Shown here piece after piece: positions 56,012 through 64,000 of a stretch of 64,000 nt of DNA. Location: contig JAZDJU010000037.1 of NCBI GenBank assembly GCA_043803685.1, positions 91,746 to 155,745 on the forward strand, read 5' to 3'. Numbering within the stretch: the first letter of the stretch is position 1; each line of letters starts with the position of its first letter. A program made the translations under genes and the position numbers. This stretch comes from Candidatus Omnitrophota bacterium. Lineage in GTDB: Bacteria; Omnitrophota; Omnitrophia; Omnitrophales; Aquincolibacteriaceae. The notes beneath the pieces were generated by a model. That model was not told where the DNA came from. It ran no database searches and was given only the letters and a program-made list of their open reading frames with translations.

Positions 56012-56852
56012 AGCGACTTCGAAAATCCGGTCGCATCATTTCATGGTATTCCTGTTCCCAGTGATAACGCCAGTGCGGGTATCGTTTTGACAATTCATGC
56101 TCCGAAATGGCCGGATGAAAACTGAACTCCCAACTGCCGCTCTTTCTTGTCTTTTGGAACCTTTGGAGGACCTCTCCCAGAGGGCCCCCCGCGTTCGACG
56201 CGTTGCAATAATGGTCAGGATGTATCATCCGATATTTCTTCAACAATCGTCCCTGGTATAAACACAGACCATTGAGCAACATATTACCTAAAAACTTGTC
56301 CGGATGCGCTGAAAATTGCAGGGCATTGAACCTCAGCGGCGTATAGGGATATCGGATCCTCGCAACATGATATTTCAAAGCATGCTTAATAACGATGTCC
56401 AGAATGCCCGGCACCATATGCAACTGCTGGTGGCTGTCGATGCGAGTGATCCGGACCCCCTGTCGCTGGACTTTTTCGAACTGAGCTCCGATCTCCTGAT
56501 CGATCTCCCTCAGACGGATCTTTCCCAAAATGTAAGCTCTCAGAAACTGAGAATAATCAGCGTAAAAAAAACCGTTTTTATCCACCAAGGAAGGAACTTC
56601 CCTCCCGGAAAGAAGGGGCGTGAGCTCCACAAGGGTTAGATGCAACCCCACATCCAGATCAGGATGTTGTTTGATAAGGCTGACCGCATCATCAAAGGCT
56701 TCCCCGTTCGCCATAAGAGAAACGCCGTCCAGATTCCCCTTTTGATGGATCCCGATCATGCCGGCATTGATCTCCCGGGATAGTCCGAAATCATCTCCGG
56801 TGATGAAAAAACTCTTCGCTCTATTATTTCCGGAGGATATGATCAAGAACAC
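55968..56852 (-). CDS. YdjC/ChbG/HpnK-family carbohydrate deacetylase
   Basis: ITGDDFGLSREINAGMIGIHQKGNLDGVSLMANG and RIDSHQQLHM. Confidence 0.82.
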   Translation of the reverse strand: MFLIISSGNNRAKSFFITGDDFGLSREINAGMIGIHQKGNLDGVSLMANGEAFDDAVSLIKQHPDLDVGLHLTLVELTPLLSGREVPSLVDKNGFFYADYSQFLRAYILGKIRLREIDQEIGAQFEKVQRQGVRITRIDSHQQLHMVPGILDIVIKHALKYHVARIRYPYTPLRFNALQFSAHPDKFLGNMLLNGLCLYQGRLLKKYRMIHPDHYCNASNAGGPLGEVLQRFQKTRKSGSWEFSFHPAISEHELSKRYPHWRYHWEQEYHEMMRPDFRSRFEGSHSKNHAENSF

Positions 56853-58239
56853 TCCAGGCGCTTTTTATCATTATTTTGAGTTGCTGGAATGAACGGATCC
56901 TGCGCACATACGAGGCCATAATGGCCGGTCGAAGGTAGAATTCGCGTAATAGCTTTTTCCGGTATGCGATCAAAGATTCCTTCGTCATCCCATGGGGCAC
57001 AAACACAATATCAAAGCAGGTCATTTTATCATAATCGTTCTCAAACCGGCCGAACCCCTTGATCGCATGAAACAGCGCGGCGCCAGGGTACGGAGTAAAG
57101 AACGTTACGCTGACATCATCCAGCGGTTGGCTTTTAATAAAATCGATCGTTTCCTGAACCGTTTCCGGAGTTTCCAGCGGATTCCCCAATAGAAGAAAAC
57201 CTTTTGTCAGGATCCCTGCCTCCCGGGTTTCCCTGAGAGCTCTTTTGATGACCTCAAGGCTGATCCCCTTCTGGTAAACATCCAGGATCTGCTGATTGGC
57301 GCTTTCGATCCCGTAAGATAACTGCCAGCATCCGCTGTCTTTCGCCATCCGCAGACTTTCCTGATCAACGCTATCAACACGAACAGAAGCCGCCCAAGTC
57401 ATATTCAGCCGGGCCTCTTTGAGAAGACGGCAAAAGTCAATCAGTCGTCGCTTGAGTGAAAAAAACTCGTCGTCCTGGAACATGACATGCCGGATCCCGT
57501 AATCTCTTTTTAATGTTTTCAGCATAGCAACCATATATTCAGCGCTGTGAAAACTCATGCGATTGCCGAATACAGAGCGATCGCAGAAAGTGCACTGTCC
57601 CGGGCAACCGCGAGAGGTCATGAGCGATACAGCAGGCAGACGGTAAACATGCTGGATCGGCAAGGAATAATGCTTGTCCAGCGCCGGCAAGAGATCAAAT
57701 GCGGGTTGAGGAAGCGCGTCAAGGTCTTTGATCCTGGAACGCGTGCCGGACAACAAAACCTTGGGAGGATCTCTGAAAACAAGCCCTTTAACCTGAGCGA
57801 TATCTGTCTTTTCCTCTAACGCCTGGATCACCTCGCGTAGCGTTTCTTCCCCTTCTCCAACAACCCCTATATCAAAGGGCGCATGCTCTTGAAGCGTTTC
57901 GATGGGCAGCGCGCTGACATGAGCTCCTCCGATAAAAATGATCACGGACGGTTCCAGGGATTTAATTTTACCGGCAAGAGTCGCCACTCCTCGTATCTGG
58001 GACGTGGTGGCGCTCAGCGCGACATATCCGGGCTTTTCGAGTTTGACCTGGGCCAGGATCTCTGGATCGTCATAATGGAGGGCCTGGGCATCGATAATAC
58101 CCACAGGTATTCCTTCATTTCGTAAAAAAGCAGCCAGGGAGCACAACCCCGTCGGGATCTCCACTCCCCCGGCAGGAGAAAGAAACCCGTAACGCTGATC
58201 CAGGGTGGAAGGGGAATTGATCAAAAGGACTTTTTTCAT
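56824..58239 (-). CDS. B12-binding-domain radical SAM protein
   Basis: MKKVLLINSP..., VVGEGEETL, TSRGCPGQCTFCD. Start set at MKKVLL. Confidence 0.88.
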   Translation of the reverse strand: MKKVLLINSPSTLDQRYGFLSPAGGVEIPTGLCSLAAFLRNEGIPVGIIDAQALHYDDPEILAQVKLEKPGYVALSATTSQIRGVATLAGKIKSLEPSVIIFIGGAHVSALPIETLQEHAPFDIGVVGEGEETLREVIQALEEKTDIAQVKGLVFRDPPKVLLSGTRSRIKDLDALPQPAFDLLPALDKHYSLPIQHVYRLPAVSLMTSRGCPGQCTFCDRSVFGNRMSFHSAEYMVAMLKTLKRDYGIRHVMFQDDEFFSLKRRLIDFCRLLKEARLNMTWAASVRVDSVDQESLRMAKDSGCWQLSYGIESANQQILDVYQKGISLEVIKRALRETREAGILTKGFLLLGNPLETPETVQETIDFIKSQPLDDVSVTFFTPYPGAALFHAIKGFGRFENDYDKMTCFDIVFVPHGMTKESLIAYRKKLLREFYLRPAIMASYVRRIRSFQQLKIMIKSAWSVLDHILRK

Positions 58240-58428
58240 AGTTTTACGCATCAGCACATGATGAGCGGATACAAATAACCCCTATCAAATAAATTGGTTC
58301 GATTAAGAGGCTCGTGTCCCGACGCCGAGATCCTATCCACACCCCGGGTCTAGGAGCTTCTCATTTTTTGAATATGCGTCTTCTCTGGCCTTAGCGCATT
58401 CGGCAAGGCAACCCTTCAAAGACGCCCT

Positions 58429-59193
58429 CTACGTTCTCATTTCCTGTTTCTCCCGCCGCCAGAAAAAGAAACGCGTAAGCTCGTCTAATATCTTAACGAT
58501 CACTTTAAAACTCGAAAGCGTCGAGCGCCCTCTCGTCCTGGGATGATAGTCGCAGGGAAATTGCACGATCTTACGCCCCGACATTCTCACCCGGGCCAAC
58601 ATCTCCACATTGATAAAAGACCCTTCAGAAGACAACCGGATCTCATTCAGAAAACTTCTCTTGAAAAGCTTAAATGAAAAATTTACGTCTTTTACACCCA
58701 AACGAAAAAGAAGTTCGATGAGACCATTGTAAATATAAGAATAAAAAAAACGCCGAACCCCCTCACCGCCCCGACTGGTCCTGTAGGCAGAAAAATAATC
58801 CGCGTCTTCGGCGTCGAGCATCGCGATCGCCTTAGCGATCTCTTTCAAGTCAAACGGCAAATCCGCGTCAAAATACAAGATCAGGTCTTTCGTCGCGGCA
58901 TTGAACCCTGTCCTCAAAGAACCCCCTAAGGTTCTATTCCTTTCATGATGAAGAACCTTGACCCTCCGGTCCGTTCCAGCTACCGCATCAAGCATTTCGC
59001 CCGAGCTGTCCGTGCTCGCATCATCCACCAAAATGATCTCATAGTCAGCACAGATCGACGGCACTGTTCTATTAATCGCCTTCAGAAGTGGCGCTATATT
59101 CTCCTCTTCGTTGAAGACGGGGATCACGATGGAAAGGCTATAGGGGTATAACAAAGCTTTGTCTCTCCCGACGGGATCCCTCAAAGGGATCAT
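58429..59193 (-). CDS. GT2 glycosyltransferase of the polyprenyl-phosphate sugar synthase type (DPM1/GtrB/ArnC-like)
   Basis: LSIVIPVFNEEENI, ILVDDASTDSS, YFDADLP. 254 aa. Confidence 0.82.
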   Translation of the reverse strand: MIPLRDPVGRDKALLYPYSLSIVIPVFNEEENIAPLLKAINRTVPSICADYEIILVDDASTDSSGEMLDAVAGTDRRVKVLHHERNRTLGGSLRTGFNAATKDLILYFDADLPFDLKEIAKAIAMLDAEDADYFSAYRTSRGGEGVRRFFYSYIYNGLIELLFRLGVKDVNFSFKLFKRSFLNEIRLSSEGSFINVEMLARVRMSGRKIVQFPCDYHPRTRGRSTLSSFKVIVKILDELTRFFFWRREKQEMRT

Positions 59194-59209
59194 CCGCCTG
59201 TTTTGCCTG

Positions 59210-59467
59210 CTATTTCTGAGCCATTGACCATTTAAACAAATGCGGGGTTTTCTTCGATCGCCCTTTAAGTTTTTTTGCTAGTAAGGTCACGGCCGGCCCA
59301 TTCTCAGTGTTTTCTTTGATGAGGACCTCCACGTCTGAAAATCCCGCATTATGGAATATTCGAGGGACGGCGTCCTCTAAAGCGCGGAACGCTTGACCTT
59401 CCATCCCATCTAAACAATAGCGGACATTTTCCAAAAACGTGTTCCCCCCGGTTTTTTCCCGCGACAT
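59210..59467 (-). CDS. Hypothetical 85 aa protein
   Basis: ORF tightly packed between two cluster genes. The tail HNAGFSDVEVLIKEN vaguely resembles the C-terminus of class I methyltransferases. Confidence 0.4.
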   Translation of the reverse strand: MSREKTGGNTFLENVRYCLDGMEGQAFRALEDAVPRIFHNAGFSDVEVLIKENTENGPAVTLLAKKLKGRSKKTPHLFKWSMAQK

Positions 59468-59501
59468 TCGACGTCACCCAAGCTAAGGATACAGCTCCTT
59501 T

Positions 59502-60995
59502 CTAAAGCAAAACGTCTTTCCCCTTTTTTTCACCCAAAGACAACGCGGACTCCACATCCAATGTCCCGCCAACTCGATCTCGGGCAAATTTATCGGGTAG
59601 CTGCTCCTGGAGCAACTTCAATCGCTGGACTCTGTGTCCGTAGGTATCACTATTATCTTTCGCACTCCAATCATGGAGATTATTTAACTGGATCCCATAG
59701 CGATCCTTCATCTCATAAAGCGGCGTATGAGGCTTTACCGTGCAAATGGCGGCATCGATCCCTGCCATGCACTCAGAATTCTTTTTAATAAAATCCAGAG
59801 TCTCCTGGAAATCACGTGATGATTCCATGGGATGCCCCACAACCCAGTTTGTGAGCGCGGAAATTCCCGCCGCGTGAGCATCCATAATATTCTTTTCCGC
59901 GTCTTGGATGTGGAACCCCTTATTCATAGCCTGCAGAACCTTGGGAGACGCGCTTTCTATCCCGAAACTCAGATACTCGCATCCCGCCTGCTTCATCCTT
60001 TCAAAGATATCCCTGGTCAATACGGAATTGACGGACGCGCTCCCCCCCCACCGCACACGGAGCTTCTTTTCAATAAGAAGCTGGCATAATTTTGTCAAGA
60101 AAGAGACGTTCAAAGTGATACTCGAATCATTGAAATGAAAAAAATCCGTCTTGTAACGCGCGATTTGGCGCTCCATCTCCTCCACAACACACGAGGCTTT
60201 TCTAGCTCTAAAGGTATACCGATCCATATAGGGATAATCACAAAAAGAACACCGAGAGGGGCAACCTCGGCTTGCCAGTATCGGTAAAAAATTCTTTTCC
60301 GTGTAGGCGAACTCTTTTAAAACTGAAAAATCCGGAAAAGGTAACGCGTCCAGATCGCAAATCAAAGGTCTTAGTTCATTGATTGTTAAATTCCCGTTCT
60401 CCTTGGCGATAACTCCCCGGCATCCCTCCAGGGAAGATCCCGAGGAAACCCGATTCACAACATCCAACATAATGTCCTCGCCTTCCCCGACGGCGACCAT
60501 GTCGATGACATCTAAAACGCGATGAATGGGGCTGTGGATATTGGCCACAGCATCATCACAGACATCGATATAAGACAGGACAAAGGGTCCTCCAAAAATG
60601 ATCTTTCTCGTCGCATCCAATTGCTTTATTTTTTTCGCCAAAATAACGCTTACGTCGACTGAGGTGTGATAGACCGTAAATCCAATAACCTGAGCGTTGC
60701 TTTTTAAAATTTCTTGGGCCCAGTCATTCAGAAGAGACTCACTCAAGAATTCAAGGTGGCTCAATAACCCGGCATCTTGCCATCCACTATTAATACCTCT
60801 GCTTGACCATAGCAAAGAAAAAGCATAGTCCCAATATTTCCTCATATCGAGAGGGACCTGATGAAAAAGACGTATGTTGAGGTCAAACGAATCAACGCTA
60901 TGGCCGTTTTTTTCAAGCACCGCCCTCAGGTAAGCAGGCCCCAGCATGGGCATACGCACATTAAACATGGGGCATTCAACAAGAGCTATTTTCAT
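59502..60995 (-). CDS. B12-binding-domain radical SAM protein
   Basis: MKIALVECPMFN...GPAYL, VGEGEDIML, ASRGCPSRCSFCD. Confidence 0.88.
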   Translation of the reverse strand: MKIALVECPMFNVRMPMLGPAYLRAVLEKNGHSVDSFDLNIRLFHQVPLDMRKYWDYAFSLLWSSRGINSGWQDAGLLSHLEFLSESLLNDWAQEILKSNAQVIGFTVYHTSVDVSVILAKKIKQLDATRKIIFGGPFVLSYIDVCDDAVANIHSPIHRVLDVIDMVAVGEGEDIMLDVVNRVSSGSSLEGCRGVIAKENGNLTINELRPLICDLDALPFPDFSVLKEFAYTEKNFLPILASRGCPSRCSFCDYPYMDRYTFRARKASCVVEEMERQIARYKTDFFHFNDSSITLNVSFLTKLCQLLIEKKLRVRWGGSASVNSVLTRDIFERMKQAGCEYLSFGIESASPKVLQAMNKGFHIQDAEKNIMDAHAAGISALTNWVVGHPMESSRDFQETLDFIKKNSECMAGIDAAICTVKPHTPLYEMKDRYGIQLNNLHDWSAKDNSDTYGHRVQRLKLLQEQLPDKFARDRVGGTLDVESALSLGEKKGKDVLL

Positions 60996-61142
60996 GGTTG
61001 CTCACAATTTTTCATCAATTAAAGGAACGAACTATGGCGCTTCACACCTTCACGTCTATAGCCTCATAACTGCAAGGCCCTCACATTCGTAACGCGCTTG
61101 ATGAGGGCATTACACCCTTCTTCCCCGCATTGTTTCTGCTCT

Positions 61143-62555
61143 TCATTGCTGCCCTTGAAAAGTTTTGTGCTTGGGCTTATCTCCTAAACGCTCGATCGTC
61201 GCAAGGAACTCATCGTAACGGCGTTTCCTCACCTCGACGGTATTAGCTCCATCCTGAGACACCCAATTCCACCCATCCCCGGCAACAACACCGAATTTCT
61301 CCTTATGCCGGGCAAGAAGGCTTGCGTCTTTCAAGATAAAAGAATTCACCATGAGATTTTTTCTAAGGAGTTTGAAAAACCTGGTAATAAACTGCAGCGT
61401 CTGCTGAAAATCCTCTTCTCTTTCCGTCGGGAATCCCACGATCCAATTGGTGCAGACATCCATCCCCGCCCTATGGGCTTCCGTGATGACCCGCTGAACC
61501 TCAGAGATCGTAAAAGATTTATTCATGTCTTTTAAAATTTTAGGCGAGGCGCTCTCAATGCCAAAGTTCAAATAACAACATCCTGCCTGTTTGAGTTTTT
61601 TTAACATTTCCCGGTCAAGATTCCTGCCGACGCAGGCGCTCCCCCCCCACGTCAATCCGAGCTTCCCGCCGATCAGAAGATTGCAAAGCTTTAAAAGTTC
61701 CGATGAATTACCGTTGATCAACAGGTCATTGAATTCAAGAAATTCGGCCCCTTGTTCTTTGCGTAATTTCATCTCCTGAAAGATATTTGCGGCAGACCGG
61801 TAGCGGTAACGCCGCCACATCAGCGCATCATCACAGAAAACGCACCTGTTAACGCAGCCCCTGCTGCCCAAGATGGGCCATCGCCTATCATATTTATAGA
61901 CGGACGGAAAATCATGAAAATCCGGAAACGGCAAAATGTCCAGATTTTCTATTAAAGACCTCGGGCCGTTGCGAAGGATCTTGCCGTCTTCTGCCCTGAT
62001 CACGGTGCCGGGACAGCCCCTGAGGGACTCTTTGGCCTCCAGCCGTCTGGCAATGTCCAGTAATGTCTCCTCGCCTTCTCCCAACACGACGACATCGACC
62101 AACTGTCTCCCGACGTCATCTTTCATCTGTAATAAATGATCCGCATGCTCAATGCTATAACTCAAATGCAACGGCCCCCCGAAAACAATGGCCGGAGCAG
62201 TAGCTCTCTTTCTTATTTCACGGGCCAACTTAAGGCTGCATATCAAAGACGAACTCTGCACCGAAAATCCAAGAATATCCGGATCGTCTCGAAGAAGCAT
62301 CTCAGCCCATTGGGCATAATGGCTTTCCGAAAGCACCTTCTGCTGGGAAAAATAATCTTGATTCATCCATTGAAAAACATAGCTGAACTCCCAAAATCGC
62401 TTGTGGGCTTCTTCGGCATGGGCATAAAGATCGGCGTTAAAGTCAAAAACACGGACAGCCTGACCCTGCTCCCTAAGAAATGCGGCCAAATATCCTAACG
62501 CCAAAGGAGGCCTATCAATCCCAAAAGCAGGGCACTGGACAAGAGTAATTTTCAT
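61143..62555 (-). CDS. B12-binding-domain radical SAM protein
   Basis: MKITLVQCPAFG...LGYL, LGEGEETLL, GSRGCVNRCVFCD. Confidence 0.88.
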   Translation of the reverse strand: MKITLVQCPAFGIDRPPLALGYLAAFLREQGQAVRVFDFNADLYAHAEEAHKRFWEFSYVFQWMNQDYFSQQKVLSESHYAQWAEMLLRDDPDILGFSVQSSSLICSLKLAREIRKRATAPAIVFGGPLHLSYSIEHADHLLQMKDDVGRQLVDVVVLGEGEETLLDIARRLEAKESLRGCPGTVIRAEDGKILRNGPRSLIENLDILPFPDFHDFPSVYKYDRRWPILGSRGCVNRCVFCDDALMWRRYRYRSAANIFQEMKLRKEQGAEFLEFNDLLINGNSSELLKLCNLLIGGKLGLTWGGSACVGRNLDREMLKKLKQAGCCYLNFGIESASPKILKDMNKSFTISEVQRVITEAHRAGMDVCTNWIVGFPTEREEDFQQTLQFITRFFKLLRKNLMVNSFILKDASLLARHKEKFGVVAGDGWNWVSQDGANTVEVRKRRYDEFLATIERLGDKPKHKTFQGQQ

Positions 62556-62660
62556 AGGACCTTCCCCAGTTTAGTGGACGGTTTGTTCAGATAATATCGT
62601 CTGTCTTTCGTACTCAAAAGGACTCGGATTCCCGATTGTTGAATGAGCCCCTTCAGAAAA

Positions 62661-64000
62661 TCATTCGCCTATCTTACTCGCGTTGGGATCCGGAGAACAT
62701 AGCTCCAGACCCGCAAGCGCGCCTTTAAGTGTTTCATAATCAGCATCCGAAAACGCAGTGATTGCCTTGGTGAAGTATTCCTTGGCCTTGGCCGGGTCCT
62801 TCATCCCCAGATAACAATAACCGATGTTCGTAAGAAGATCCCCGTACTCTTTCAAACGATCTTCCTTCGAGTAATCCGCGAGCCCCTGATTTAAATATGA
62901 AAGGGCCCGGCCATAAGAACGTTTGCTCAGATAAAGATACCCCAACCCCGAATAGGCCGCAGACGCTAGTGGGTCTGAAGCATCCATCGCTTTCAATGCT
63001 TCATTAAAATAATGCTCCGCCTTAGAAAAACAATCTTTGGAAACTGTTGCGTCACGAACCATAAGCTCAACATAACTACTGGCTAAACCAACGCATGCCG
63101 TAGCATAGGTATGGCCCCTGGCCTCTTTGCCCGCCAAGAACTCCTCCAATAATTTCGTTGAAACGCCATAGCGTCCCTCCCTAAAGGCAGCCTGAGCTCT
63201 CTGCATCCGCACATCACCAGACGCTTCTTTTATCCATTGGCTCTCAACGGCTGCCGCTGAACCGGGCTTTTTGTTCTTGGCGTAAATATAAATTTTGCTC
63301 CCATCCGACGGAACGACAAGAGTCGCCATCCGATCGTAAAAACGGCTTACTTGAGGATAAAACTCGCTCAGAGGAAGCGCCATCACAAGGAAGTCGCAAT
63401 CCGAAATCCCTTCCGAGGCATAATAATCGGGCTTATTTCCCAATGTACGGACAGTCAATGGAAGTTGACGCCGCGAGATGAAGCTTTTCATCCCCGGCTC
63501 ATTGACAATAACAAAATTATCCGCGCGCTCAAACTCGCTCGGATTCATCTGCTCCTTTGGAAATGCGAAAAACCCGGTATTGCCAATATGGTAGATCCTG
63601 TTCGGAATGATATGGGCTTGCAATGCTCTAAAGATTTCTTCATAGACCTTATCAAAACGCGGTCTCTTTTTCGAATAAACATATATTCTGCTTTTATCCG
63701 AGGGAACGACAAGAGTGGCCGCCAGATCATAGAAAAGACACGCTTCCGGATAAAACTCTTCCAGAGGAAGCACCGTCACAAGAAGGTCGCACTGCAAAAC
63801 TCCATCCGAAGCGTCGTAATCAGGGATTTTCTTCAATGTACGGACCATCAATGGAAGCTGATGTTGCAAAATGTAGCTTTTCATCCCCCACTCATTGACT
63901 ACAATGAAATTATCCGTGAATCGAAACGTGGCCGGAGTGATCAATCCGTTCGGATACAAATCATGGCCGGTAATGCCCACATGATGAATACCCCCCGAAG
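62661..64000 (-). CDS. Protein with a duplicated unknown N-terminal domain plus C-terminal TPR region (frame open to the window edge; 5' end possibly outside)
   Basis: Two collinear ~140 aa copies (DNFIVVNEWGMKSYILQHQLPLMVRTL / DNFVIVNEPGMKSFISRRQLPLTVRTL ... ATLVVPSD.S.IY.Y). The track starts it at GTG 63980, but no stop occurs before position 64000. Confidence 0.65.
   Translation of the reverse strand, partial: SGGIHHVGITGHDLYPNGLITPATFRFTDNFIVVNEWGMKSYILQHQLPLMVRTLKKIPDYDASDGVLQCDLLVTVLPLEEFYPEACLFYDLAATLVVPSDKSRIYVYSKKRPRFDKVYEEIFRALQAHIIPNRIYHIGNTGFFAFPKEQMNPSEFERADNFVIVNEPGMKSFISRRQLPLTVRTLGNKPDYYASEGISDCDFLVMALPLSEFYPQVSRFYDRMATLVVPSDGSKIYIYAKNKKPGSAAAVESQWIKEASGDVRMQRAQAAFREGRYGVSTKLLEEFLAGKEARGHTYATACVGLASSYVELMVRDATVSKDCFSKAEHYFNEALKAMDASDPLASAAYSGLGYLYLSKRSYGRALSYLNQGLADYSKEDRLKEYGDLLTNIGYCYLGMKDPAKAKEYFTKAITAFSDADYETLKGALAGLELCSPDPNASKIGE

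Noticed and set aside
55968-59193. Canonical hopanoid (hpn) gene cluster
   Set aside because: No squalene-hopene cyclase, hpnH, hpnG or squalene synthase genes are in the window. The radical-SAM N-terminus does not resemble HpnJ as I recall it. I kept it only as a mechanistic analogy.
59210-59467. 85 aa ORF as a methyltransferase fragment or a carrier/precursor protein
   Set aside because: The only resemblance is a short C-terminal-like segment (HNAGFSDVEV). There is no SAM-binding motif, no phosphopantetheine Ser motif and no leader/core pattern. Left as hypothetical.
36840-64000. RiPP biosynthetic cluster
   Set aside because: There is no plausible precursor ORF in the intergenic gaps I read on the coding strand, and the SPASM proteins have no room for RRE domains. 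The context is glycosyltransferases, a sugar epimerase, a deacetylase and a Wzt-type ATPase. This is not fully excluded, because a precursor could lie beyond 64 kb or in the short gaps I did not read, and the 13-residue-repeat protein is an unconventional candidate.

Overview
This is 64 kb of a bacterial chromosome. The gene content suggests a diderm (LpxL-like lipid A acyltransferase, prepilin-type pseudopilin), but the lineage cannot be assigned from sequence alone. From 1 to 31.4 kb it is conserved housekeeping. The + strand carries atpA (partial)-atpG-atpD-atpC, then small membrane and transport genes (ArsP_2-like, UPF0016, ArsP_1-type permease, TspO, DedA, DUF486, ICMT-like, CrcB plus DUF190), rluA and a lone B12-radical-SAM gene. 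The - strand carries queH, trm112-like, ftsK, dut, pnp, rpsO, ribF, truB, rbfA, infB, nusA, an LpxL-like acyltransferase, tRNA-Gly, an SDR, recR and dnaX. From 31.5 to 36.7 kb there are accessory envelope genes: a pseudopilin with a Gly/Ser linker and an HEXXH C-terminal domain, two TPR proteins and tRNA-Ser(CGA). From 36.8 kb to the window edge lies one unidirectional minus-strand cluster with many overlapping stop/start junctions. It holds ten radical-SAM catalytic domains (six SPASM-type, four B12-domain type), one degraded SPASM fragment and one orphan cobalamin-domain-like module. It also holds three GT2 glycosyltransferase domains, an extended-SDR epimerase, a YdjC-type deacetylase, two SGNH/TPR paralogues, a Wzt/TagH-type ABC ATPase with a triplicated C-terminal module, and a membrane-anchored protein of 13-residue tandem repeats. 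I found no candidate precursor peptide in the intergenic gaps I read by eye, so I read the cluster as a radical-SAM-driven tailoring system for a glycan or lipid-linked sugar rather than a RiPP locus. This is the main candidate for an undescribed system. Other notable points: two Lys-rich mini-ORFs with CCC motifs coupled to the ArsP-type permease; an A9 slippery run in dnaX with stops in both alternative frames; locus-specific arrays of complementary short words in many intergenic spacers, with one such array in frame inside ribF; and a recent 1.17 kb segmental duplication that created a multidomain fusion gene. No search or computation was run; every family call rests on motifs read from the translations.
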